Of a stretch of DNA of 64,000 nucleotides, positions 17,019-27,248 are shown one piece after another. Position 1 is the first letter of the stretch. Every line of letters starts with the position of its first letter. The notes under the pieces are model-generated. The model saw only the letters and a program-made list of their open reading frames with translations. It did no database searches and was not told the DNA's origin. Origin of the DNA: the human T2T-CHM13v2.0 reference genome, Homo sapiens; the NCBI RefSeq assembly GCF_009914755.1, contig NC_060935.1; one strand, 5' to 3'. A program made the translations under genes and the position numbers.

Positions 17019-19487
17019 TAAAATCCCCTTGCATCAACTGAAGCCATTTTACTGTCTTATTTCTCAGCATACCCAAGAAGTCAATTTTTCCTCTAGGGCT
17101 GCATGCTGTCCCATAAGAATCTAGAACTCACCGTATTTCCACTGCATGATGTTGTCAAGGACAAAAGGACTTGGCTGACTTCAAAACTGGGCCATTATGG
17201 GAATAAGTCAAAAGCAGGATCAGCCCAAATGTTAATGAAGAGCCTCTGCAGGCAGTCACTTGGCTAGTAGGATTTTTTTTTTTTTAATTTCTAAGTCATG
17301 TTCTGGTTTTTGCATGCAAAAACAAAACAAAACCATGATTCAAAACACTGGTGGCTAGGTCTAAAGGAAAAGCCAGCGAGAGGCAGGTGTCTAAAGGGAG
17401 CCTCTCAGCATGCAGGCTCTCTACGATGAGAAGGGAGCATGTGTCTCTCTAGCACATTACTAAGACCCCCTCTGGCCCAGCAAGCTGATCCGTGAGCCCA
17501 GGAGGCCACACCCAAGCTGGGAGCCTCACTCATATAAGGAAAGCCAAGCTTTTAACAGGTATTTCTGCTTTAAATTTGTGGTCTCCAATTGCTCCTGAGG
17601 AAGGATCAGGTCTGAGCCTGTCACAACACTCACCAGTTGCCCAACACCAAGTACAACAAAGTTCACAGGATGGTGGGAATGTGGGCTGCACAAAGGAAAG
17701 ATGACCTAGAGCAGGAATTAGTGACATGAGAACAGAGGGTACTTTGCCAAGCCAACTGAACAGAGAAGGAGATTCAAAAATTGAAAGGGAAATGACCAGA
17801 CCCCAAACCAGAAAGTCATGTGAGTCTCAAAGGGCAGAAGCCTAAGTCCAAAGATTGCCGGACTAGTAAAGCATTCAAGACTCAGTTACCCCAAACTAGA
17901 AAACGGGATCACGGAAGCCCATCTGCTTAGAACGTGGCATGTGCTGCTGAAAGAATGGCAAGCCAAGGGGCATGGTTTGCTTTAAAGTGAAGATGATCTC
18001 TCAGGTTGGGTAGAGAAGGAAATGAGCAATACCATCAACTCACAAAGAGAGAAGAAATGTTTTCTAATTAAAAAACTGCTCATTAGCAAAGGCCCTACAA
18101 ACAAGAACATCCTTGAACTTCATCTCTTAGCAAAAATAAAGCCATGACCTCAGACTCCCCTGAAATTAGCCATGCAATGACAGGACCAGGGAGAGCTGTC
18201 TCAGTCCTGGCCACTGACATGTCAGGTTCATAGCTCCCCCAACAATATGAGCAATGGGTTCCTTCTCAACCAAGCCCTTGCTTGGGAGGTAGCCTGACCT
18301 CCAGTATCCTCACAAACACCCTGCGAGGGCCATGCAGATGCATTCAGGATGCAGCCTCGAGCTCCTGTTCCCATGGCTTCCAGAATGCTTCTCTCTGCAT
18401 TCTAGGAGAACTAAGGCTCTGAGGTTGCTTCATGGTCACCAAAGGACACTGGCTTTTTGCCTCTTGATTTTTCCCCCTGTCCACCTTAGACAAACTTCCC
18501 CCAGGAATGTCTAGATCTGGCCCCTGTTGGTCCCTGAGGCCTTCTCTAACCTCCAACAAAAAGGGCTGCCAGAAAAGTGTTGGCTTTTTTGGGGCTGTAG
18601 ACAGCCTGGAGGCGGGCTGGTCAGAAGACTCACTTCTGATCTTTGGCTCATGAACTTGGAGAGGTTGAGAACTAGAATCTTTAAGCAGGAGGAGAGGCCC
18701 AGAGGAGTGAGCTGGTTGTGGGTTACTCTCTCCACCCATGGAACTCTGGACCTGAAGCAGACAGCAGCTGTCTCACAGTATTCACAAGCAGAACTCACGA
18801 TCCATACCTCTGAATGAGGATGATGAAGGGTATGGCCACTGACAAGCACCAACAGTCACTTCTAGGAAGGCAGGTTCTCACCCTAAAGAAGTGTGATTAG
18901 CCCAGAGTAAGTAGCACAGAGGGCGGGCTCTGAAGTGGACATCTTACTAAGTCTGTAAGTGAAATCTGAACCAGAAGATTTAAGTGGTCTCTCCACAGCC
19001 ACCCAGCTCAGTCAAGAATGTCACACCATCCACAGCATTTTCACAGCAGCCACCTATGTCAACATCAGGAAAGTGACTATGCAAAACAAATACCCTGAAA
19101 ACCGTTAGAACCCAAATAGGCACAAATTGAGACCTATGGCCTCTAGAAGCCTCCACTAGTCTGCACATGGCAGGTGCCTCTATCCAGACAGGACAAGCAA
19201 AGGCAAACAGTGACAGTCTTTGGCTGTGCTGGGCCAGGGATCACAGTCCTGCCATATGTCTAAACCTCTCTCCCTTCTTTTACCCACTTCTGAGCCCAGG
19301 AGGAGTTCAGATGTATACATGGCTCCTGAGCCCTGGACACTAAAAGGTTAGACGGGTCTGCTTTCCCAGGCAGAAAAAAATTCACCAAGGAAAGTAGGTC
19401 TTCCCGAGCCTAACCAGGTGTGGTCTTGTCAAGTGGAGCCTATACATCTGATTACTCTGGTAATAATAAATACCTTCCTCTTTCCTG

Positions 19488-19493
19488 TTTATT
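19488..19493 (-). terminator. Candidate proximal polyadenylation signal AATAAA, ~200 nt after the stop
   Basis: tttatt on the + strand; upstream TGTA (~19525); downstream tttattatt. Confidence 0.45.
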
Positions 19494-19690
19494 ACTGAAA
19501 TCTTCTCTGTAGTGGATGTACTACAGCTCCCAAATAAATGCTGTAGATGCAAATGGCAAAGAAGAGCACTACACAGTTCAACAAGACTCATCTACCATCC
19601 ACACTCTGAAGAGGATAAGCTGCAAGATGGGGAGGAATGGTCGACAGTATGGGACAACAGCTGCCAGAGTGCCCAGTCTCCTTTTGGCTC

Positions 19691-19750
19691 TCACACCTGA
19701 GAGATGCTGTTGGCCAGGCGAAATGACATTCTTTTTGCTCTTTCATTCTC
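19691..19750 (-). CDS. TRIM66: TRIM66 terminal coding exon (ENERAKRMSFRLANSISQV-stop)
   Basis: tttctttcag|GAG; TGA at 19693-19691; phase 0 matches the previous donor. Confidence 0.92.
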   Translation of the reverse strand, partial: ENERAKRMSFRLANSISQV

Positions 19751-20496
19751 CTGAAAGAAAAATATATATTTGGAATTAAAATAGCCAAATGTAGGATTTA
19801 TTAACATGAAAAGGCTATGTCAAGATTGCAGTTCTGCCAAGTCAACGTATTTTATTCTACCCTAGGAATGCAGCAGTAAAACTTACTGAAGCCACTAAAC
19901 ATTGTATGCTAAGTATGGTAAACAACTGGGGATGGCTGGCCAGACCCTGGCACACAGTAGGCAGGCAAAATATTTCAGTGGAATTAAACAGCCCTGAATG
20001 GACATTTCTGGTCTACACAGGTGGGACCAGCCCAAAGATCAGAGGAGCTCTCTCTGCTGCAAGCAATACCTCTCCTTCCTTACCTACACCAAGGGGCTAA
20101 GAAAGATCCCTTCCTTTCTCTCTCAAACCCAAATAGAAACCAGGCACTAAGACCAGGTAATTCCCTTCTTAGGGGCATCACAATCACAGTGTGCAGTAAC
20201 CAGCACCAAACTGGGAATCAGGACAACTGGTTTCTCAGCCCAGGTCTGCTGCTAAATGCTGGGTTACCCTGGGCAGGGACAGGCACCTTTCTGAGTTTCA
20301 AGTCTCGTGAGTAACTGGCATTGATGGGCCCTGTACTGCCCTGCCTTCCCTGGGGGCTAAGGGGCTGGAAGTGAGGGTTCGTTGTCACCACCATCTTTTT
20401 GCACCACCCGAACAGCTTCACCTTAGGTTCTGCTTGGGTGCCCCTCTGCTTGCCTGATCACCGCCCACCTGCTGCTGGCTGGCAGTAACTCTTTAC

Positions 20497-20715
20497 CATA
20501 TGTCGTCGCCGCCTCTTGGGTTGGATGCCCTCCTGCATGTAGGGAGGCCACGGGAAGCCCTGGGGAGTGGAACATCCACTCTCACTAGACACCTCCTCGG
20601 AGTCTGAGTCCTCCTGCCTTGGCTGGGCAAACCGTTTCTCCGGGTAGATCTCCTTCAACCAGCCCTCAAAGAACACTTCCAGGCAGCGGCCAGCCTCTGC
20701 AACCTCGGAGTCAGG
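20497..20715 (-). CDS. TRIM66: TRIM66 exon, bromodomain helix C, acidic patch and basic NLS-like PKRRRR
   Basis: 219 bp, atcag|CCT ... ATG|gtaaag. Confidence 0.94.
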
Positions 20716-21129
20716 CTGATGGGGGAGGAGAGCAGTGATGGTCTAGCCTGTTTCTACCAGTCCATCTCTTTCGGGTCCCTCAAGAGCTACACAGAGCACA
20801 AAGCCTAGCGGGGTGTCCTGAGGTGTCTGGAACTTGACATTTTTCTCCTAGGACTCAGGAAAACTAGTTTGGTAGCAGCTCTTATAGCAGAAGTGACCCC
20901 AACAGGTATCCACAGATGGCCACTCACTAGTACCTCCCCTTTTTCCTGAGTCCATGCTAAGGCCTGAGTGTGGGAGAGAGCTTTTAAACACTCACCACAG
21001 CAGGCCCCCAGAATCTGCTCCCCAGTCCTCATGGCAGCCCAGACCAAACCTAACCTCCCAACCCTACCCACCCATGACAGTCCTGGGGATGCAGGGAAAT
21101 AGGAGAGAGGGAAAACAGGCAAGACATAC

Positions 21130-21282
21130 ATAATTGAACTTAGCACAGTTCCAGAACATGAGGCGCACATCTGATACCACCTCCTCTGGGGTGGTATAGT
21201 GAGCTGGGTCCTTCTTTTGCAGCTTCCTCCGGATGATTGACAGGTCCATGGGCCTCTTGATAATCTGGTAATAATGCCGGGC
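21130..21282 (-). CDS. TRIM66: TRIM66 exon, bromodomain core (ARHYYQIIKRPMDLS...FWNCAKFNY)
   Basis: 153 bp, cccaag|GCC ... TAT|gtatgt; YY-x-II-x-x-PMDL and conserved Asn motifs. Confidence 0.96.
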
Positions 21283-21674
21283 CTTGGGGGAGGAGACATG
21301 AGGAGAAGGAGGCAAAGGGAGTGAGAGAAGAAATGGAGGTGTGGATAAGAAGGAAGAAGAAATGGAAAATGAGGTGAAATATAAGTGAAAGAATAGGAAG
21401 AGGAATGATGAGGAGCAGCAGGAAGAAAAGGATGGAGAAAGAAGACAAAGAGCAAGGGAAAAGGAGGAATGTGTCACCTGTCAAGTAGGATCTGATACAG
21501 TAGCAGTTGTGGTGGGGGAGGCTGGAATGGCCATGGCCCTACGGTCCCCTGGACTATCCATAAGTTAATATTGTCACTACTCCCAGTGGCCATGCTCTGA
21601 GCCCAACCTGGGAACCACCACGCTCCTGCCCCATGGCCTGGGCCCTCTGAGCAGAAAAGACAGTAGCAGGCACA

Positions 21675-21775
21675 AAATTCAATAACTCAGAATTTTGTGA
21701 ATCTAGAAAAACAGGGGTTAGGGGAGGCTGGGGTAGCAGTATAGGCACAAATCCACATGCAAGGAGAAGGTGAGA
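21675..21775 (+). repeat. Copy 1 of 101-bp intronic direct repeat
   Basis: 98/101 identical to 22464-22564. Confidence 0.95.
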
Positions 21776-21796
21776 GAACAGCGTGGCCTTCCTTAC

Positions 21797-21871
21797 CAGG
21801 GGGCTGACAGGTTCATGGAAGGGCAGGCTGAGGTTATTGCAGCACAAGGACAATACCAGCTTCTCACACTT
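21797..21871 (-). CDS. TRIM66: TRIM66 exon, bromodomain helix Z (KCEKLVLSLCCNNLSLPFHEPVSPL)
   Basis: 75 bp, ttgcag|AAG ... CTG|gtaagg. Confidence 0.95.
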
Positions 21872-22192
21872 CTGCAAAATCAGAATTGGCAACAGAGTCA
21901 CTTTGTTCTGGTCTCACCTCAGTATGAACTAAAGATGTTGACCCTGATAACTCCCTGGCTCTGTCCCACAGGATGCCAGCTGCCATACTAAGGCACAATT
22001 CAGGTTCCCAAGCCAGAGGAAAACTGCTAGGAGAAGGAAAATTATCCAAACACCCCTGGGCCAAGTTGTCAGGCATAGGACAAAGAAATGTATCCAGAAA
22101 AGCCCCTCATCCCCTCTCAAAGGCCTCAGACCCTGTAGGCAGAAGGGGGCTGCCAAAGGCAGGGAACCTTGTTTCCAAAGACTCCTCCCTAC

Positions 22193-22319
22193 CTTCTGGT
22201 CATACATGCTTAGGCCAGGAGATGCCCGCATTCCAGGCTGGTTATAGCAGGCATTCTCACAGTCGTACTCCATCTCGGGCTGGGTCAGGCTGCGGCACAA
22301 GGTACACACCCACTCTCCC
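22193..22319 (-). CDS. TRIM66: TRIM66 exon, end of PHD finger and linker (GEWVCTLCRSL...SMYDQK)
   Basis: 127 bp, gcag|G ... AAG|gtaggg. Confidence 0.95.
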
Positions 22320-22463
22320 CTGCAGGGGCAGGTGAGGCCATGTTAGGCCTCAGCACATTGCCCAGAGCACCCTTCCCTCTCCCTCTGCCCTATGGCAGGC
22401 GTGAGAAACTGAGTCTCTGGCTTTGCCGTGTAAGAAATGGCTTTCTAGCCACAGGCTTGGAAG

Positions 22464-22564
22464 AAATTCAATAACTCAGAATTTTGTGAATCTAGAAAAA
22501 CAGGGGTTAGGGGAGGCTGGGGTAGTAGCATAGGCACAAATCCACATGCAAGAAGAAGGTGAGA
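22464..22564 (+). repeat. Copy 2 of 101-bp intronic direct repeat
   Basis: 98/101 identical to 21675-21775. Confidence 0.95.
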
Positions 22565-22778
22565 AAAGAGGTAGAAATGAAGTCAACCAAATGTCAAGCA
22601 TCCACCTGTCTGTGTGCAGAAGATACCCAGGCCCATTAACTCACAGACCTGCAATTCAAGCAGGTCCAGAAGAGGGGAGTAAGCCCATCCTGGGAGCTCT
22701 GTGGGCCTGGCCTGGAATAATCATCCCTGGAAGGTAACCCTACTAGCCAGGTGATGGTCCTGGACTGGCATGACTCAC

Positions 22779-23068
22779 CCTGGGAAGCTGAGCAAGGCTG
22801 GCACATGGCAGGAGAGGTGGAACACTTTGGGGCAGCGGTCACAGCACAGTAACTCTCCGCCATTGAGGCAAACAGCACAGAAGTCCTCATTCTCTATTGG
22901 GGCTGGGGGGCCCTTCTTGGCTCCTGGGGTTCGAGGAATGAGTCTGTGTTCTTCAGGAGATGTGCCCTCCACTTCTGGTGGCCGCTGCCCAGCCAAAGAA
23001 GTGACAGTGACCTTTCTTCCCTCCAGACCTGGGGCCTGGGTGGCCTCAGACAGTCTGTCCTGGCTGAC
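22779..23068 (-). CDS. TRIM66: TRIM66 exon, N-terminal part of PHD finger ([29 protein letters not shown])
   Basis: 290 bp, ccaag|GTC ... GG|gtgagt; C4HC3 pattern. Confidence 0.96.
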
Positions 23069-23391
23069 CTTGGGGAAGAAGTAAGTCTGGGCAGCCAGAG
23101 CACAGAACCAACAAGCTCTCGAGGGAGGGGAGGGAGAGACTGGCAGGCCCTGCATGCCTACATGAGAGCCACTTATTCCAGGACCCCAAGCCAGCAAGCC
23201 CCATGAATGCTGGGACACCTCACTCCTAATATGCATCTCACAGGACCTTGCAGCAGGGGACAACGTCTGGCCAAGCTGCAGCCCCATCAGAGACTCAGGA
23301 AAGGTCCCAGAGTCAGAATTCGGGCAGTAGCAGAAAGAATAAGCTCTTAGGCTGGGCCAGGGTTTAAGGCCAAGGCAAAGCAAAGTGGTAC

Positions 23392-23566
23392 CTTAATGGA
23401 CATGCTGGAGGACTCAGTGCCACACTCGATGATCAGCAGGAAGCTCCCATCCTGATCATTCTTCTGTGGCTTCAGTTTGAACACAGGCATCTCTCCTGAG
23501 GAGGCAGCACAGATCTTGAGTCGCTCCAGTCGCACATAGGGAATCTTATGCTCACTATTGAAGGCT
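23392..23566 (-). CDS. TRIM66: TRIM66 exon with HP1-binding PxVxL box (PYVRL, 23527-23541)
   Basis: 175 bp, gcag|A ... AAG|gtacca; [10 protein letters not shown] matches the TIF1-family HP1 box. Confidence 0.95.
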
Positions 23567-23647
23567 CTGCAGCAAGACAGACACCCCGGGGTCTTGGTGG
23601 GATCCTCCTCTGGTCCCAACCTCTAAGTCAGAAACATCCATGATCCC

Positions 23648-24085
23648 TGTGATGATTAATATTGAGTGTCAACTTGATTGGATTGAAGGATACAAAGTAT
23701 TTATCCTGGGTGTGTCTGTGATGGCACTGCCAAAGGAGATTAACATTTGAGTCAGTGGGCTGCGAAAGGCAGGCCCACCCTTAATTGGGTGGGCACCATC
23801 TAATCAGCTGCCAGCAAATATAAAGCAGGCAGGAAAACATGAAAAGGAGAGACTGGCCTAGCCTCCTGGCTATATCTTTCTCCTGTGCTAGACGCGTCCT
23901 ACCCTTGAACATCGGACTCCAAGTTCTTCAGTTTTGAGACTCAGACTGGGTCTCCTTGCTCCTCAAGCTTGCAGACAACCTATTGTGGGACCCTGTGATC
24001 ACGTAAATTAATACTTAATAAACTTCCATATATATATGTATATATATATGTGTGTGTGTATATATATGGAAGTACACACACACAC

Positions 24086-24175
<90 letters not shown>

Positions 24176-24214
24176 CTACTTGTTCTGTGCCTCTAGAGAA
24201 CCCTGACTAATACA
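23648..24214 (+). mobile_element. MLT2A (MLT2A1/A2, ERVL) solo LTR with internal (TA)/(CA) microsatellite
   Basis: TG...CA termini, 5-bp TSD atccc, start tgtgatgattaatattgagtgtcaacttgattggattgaagg and end ccctgactaataca match the recalled MLT2A consensus. Confidence 0.88.
24028..24172 (+). repeat. Compound (TA)n(TG)n/(CA)n(TA)n microsatellite
   Basis: Directly visible. Confidence 0.97.
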
Positions 24215-24604
24215 ATCCCCAGCTGAATTGCTACTCCAGATCCTCTTGGATTTGGACTCTGAATGTGGACTCTACAGGTCCACCACATTCTGTCCTCCTG
24301 GCCCACCTCTGCATGGCCAGGCCCTGTCAGCCACTGGGAAGCCCTATGGTGTAGTCCTGGTCAAAGACAGGAGCTCCCTGAAGTGCAAGGGCGGCACCCA
24401 GAGCGCATGCCTCGTGGTGCAGGAGCCAGGACATCCTCCCACAACCATCCCAGACATCCACTTGAAGGTTGAGGGGTTGAGGAAGGCAGTTGCAGGCAAA
24501 TTTCTTCCACTTGTAGTTAATTCATCAAGGATGCTTCATCCCTGTGCCAGCATCTCAGGACGTGAAGTCATGGGTGGGAGGGAGATTAGCCAGAAGGCTG
24601 TTAC

Positions 24605-24665
24605 CTGATGCTCTGGTTCTCTTTTGCATCCAGCTCTAGGGCTCCTTGTTCAAAATTCTCACACT
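24605..24665 (-). CDS. TRIM66: TRIM66 small exon (ECENFEQGALELDAKENQSIR)
   Basis: 61 bp, ttgccttag|AG ... AG|gtaaca; phases 1/2 fit both neighbours. Confidence 0.9.
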
Positions 24666-26143
24666 CTAAGGCAAAAGACAAACAAATACCTGTGACACAC
24701 ATTTGTGGCAACAAACCCCGTCATGCATATCTTCTACTTATATCTGCTATTCATACCTTTGGCCACACATCGGTCATACAGTAGTTACCTACACTATAGT
24801 CATTCATAGTGGTGACAAGTCTGCCGTGGATCTCCTTCTTGAGAGGAGGAAGCCCACCTTCTTTTAAAAAGATGAACACAAGTAACACTCAAGAGGCTGC
24901 CTATGGGTAAGTGTTGGGTCAGGCACTGATGGGCCAGTTTCTCACCTTCAAGATGAGCTCAGAAATCACTTGTTCTCAGTACACCAGTGTTGCCTCCTCT
25001 GAGGAGTCTTTTTGTCCAGCCTCTGCCATGTCAGCCAAGTGCTGGGATTCCAGCAGTGCTTGAGAATCCAGCTCACACTCCATGGAAAAGAGGCTCCCAG
25101 GGAGTTCTCCCCTGAGTATGCAGTCTATGGAGATGGGCAGGAGGCAGTGATGGGGCAAAAGGATGAAACTAGCATCCATTCAGCACCAGGCAAGGTCCTA
25201 GGCACTGTACATGCGCAAGCAGGGTCTAAAAAGTTTAACTGCATAAAATGCAGAGTTACATTATTGTGTGTAATAAGAACCAACGATTTTTCAGTTGGCC
25301 TTTCAGTCAGTGTGAAAAAAAAGGAGAAAAATTATTTCTTTCGTTTTCATTTATTACACATATAGGAAACAGACTAATCATTACAAATTAAACACGCATC
25401 ATACATTGAACGAAAAAAGTCCCAAATGATCATCAGGAAGTCGCTTCCTGACTTCCCAACTAGCCCTCACCTTCCACAGAAGAACAAACTTAGCCTAGCC
25501 TGGTTGGAGAAGGGGCATGGGAAGCTGAGAAGCGAATCAGAACCAATCTCCAATGGTCCAAATTGCCTTCACTATGAGGCACAACACAAATCCACATTAG
25601 TGTCAGGTACCAGGAAAATCCTTACTACTCAGAGGAAGTTATCAAATGATTTCACTATAGTTACTGGTCCCAGTAGCCTAAGAAGTAGGTGCGATTGGCC
25701 CCATTTAGAGAGAAAGAAATCAGTTGAGGGAGGTTAGGTATCTTACCCGGGATCACAGGGAGAGAGAACTGGTTTACCAAATTCCATCTATCGGACTCCA
25801 AAGTCAGACATGCTCTTTTCCCTATAACATTTTGTCAAGGCTAGCCCTCCTGGGCTGAGTTCTGTTTCCCCCTAGGTATAATGCAGACCCCCAGGACTCT
25901 TTGCATGGGGAGTGTTACAAAAAGAGTAAGTCCTGGCCATGCCTAGATCAGCCATGGCCACAGTGAGGGAAGCAGAACAGGTGTCACTAAGACAGTTCCG
26001 GAGGAGAGAAGTAAATTCAGCCTCAGAGAGATGCACTGCTTCCCCAGCTTAGAGCTTGTCTGCTGGCCTCTCTTACCTAGAAGTGCTGAGTCCATCTGCT
26101 CAAGTCTGTGGCCAACATGAAGGGCAGGCTGCTTGAGTCTCAC

Positions 26144-26336
26144 CTTTTGGGTTCTGGTACTGCTGCAGAGCTGTAGACGTGCTGACCACTGGCGCCAGTG
26201 GAGGTTTCTTCACAGAGAGGTTAATTGGCTCCTCCAGTTCTGAGGGGATGGCCAAGTCCTTGGGAGCATCCAGACCGGGGACTATGGGACCTTGTCCCAG
26301 TAAGTCAGTGAAGCGAGTGGAATCCTCACTTTCCAT
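26144..26336 (-). CDS. TRIM66: TRIM66 exon (MESEDSTRF...PINLSVKK...YQNPK); internal alternative acceptor at 26239
   Basis: 193 bp, ttttgaaag|ATG ... AAAG|gtgaga. Confidence 0.88.
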
Positions 26337-26497
26337 CTTTCAAAAGTGAAATGTCGACAAGAATCAAAGAACTCAGACATGGTTGTCATTAGTGGTCTCA
26401 GAACTGTTAAGCTAAGGTCAGAATAAGGGTCCCAGTGGCCAATCTTTTGCCCAATGATGAACAAAGGAAGTTTGTATAGCATTTCCCCAGGACTTAC

Positions 26498-27013
26498 CTT
26501 ACACAGAGCATTCTCCAGGGAGGGATCAGCCCCATCTCTGGGACACAGGCTCCCTGAAGTTCGGCCAGAACTGGAGCTGGACCCAGTTTCTGGCTGCATG
26601 TCAGAAACTGGAGGGATGCTCTGCAGAGGACAAGTTGCCAGACTCGGCACAGCCTGGGTGTGACCAGACATTAGGCTGGGCCCAGCCTGAGGGTGATCAC
26701 TTGCCAGGCTTGCCATAGCCTGAGGGGAGTCACTTATCAGGTTGGGCATGGACTGGAATGTGCTATGCACAAGGCTGGGCACAGTCTGTAGGTGACTGGT
26801 TGTCAGGCTGGGCATGGCCTGGTTTTGAACACTTGTCAGGCTGGACACCATTTTGGGGGGAGCACTCAGCAGGCTTGGTACTGCCTGGGGGGCACCAGCT
26901 GTCAGGTTGCTCACACTCTGGATCTGTGGCTCTAGGGGCCTCTCCAACCTGGTAGATGACAACTCCATCTCCAGAGTGTTGGAAAAGCCCATGATGCTCA
27001 GCGAGGTGGAGTG
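26498..27013 (-). CDS. TRIM66: TRIM66 exon (HSTSLSIMGF...LENALCK) containing ten 11-aa repeats
   Basis: 516 bp, ctgcag|CAC ... AAG|gtaagt; alternative donor 4 nt downstream (26494). Confidence 0.93.
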
Positions 27014-27248
27014 CTGCAGGAACAGAGACAAGGGGTAGAGTCAGGCTGCTAGCTGGGAATGGAGGGAGGGAGAGGAGGGACCCAACCCACAGGAACTCCC
27101 ATGCTCCAATTCCACTCTGGCTTCAGAGTCTGGTAGCTGCTGGTAGCTGCCAGGAACTCAGGCAATGCATGAAGCCCTGTTCCTCTTCCTGAAACCAAGG
27201 AGGCTGCTAGGCTATGACATAGAGAGAGAGGCACAAGCGGAGAACTAT

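Noticed and set aside
21238-21253. PMDLS as a CtBP motif
   Set aside because: It is the structurally conserved PMDL of the bromodomain ZA loop/helix A, not a free linear motif
20805-21455. 216-aa ORF overlapping the bromodomain exon
   Set aside because: Open only because of the pyrimidine tract; wrong frame and non-ATG start
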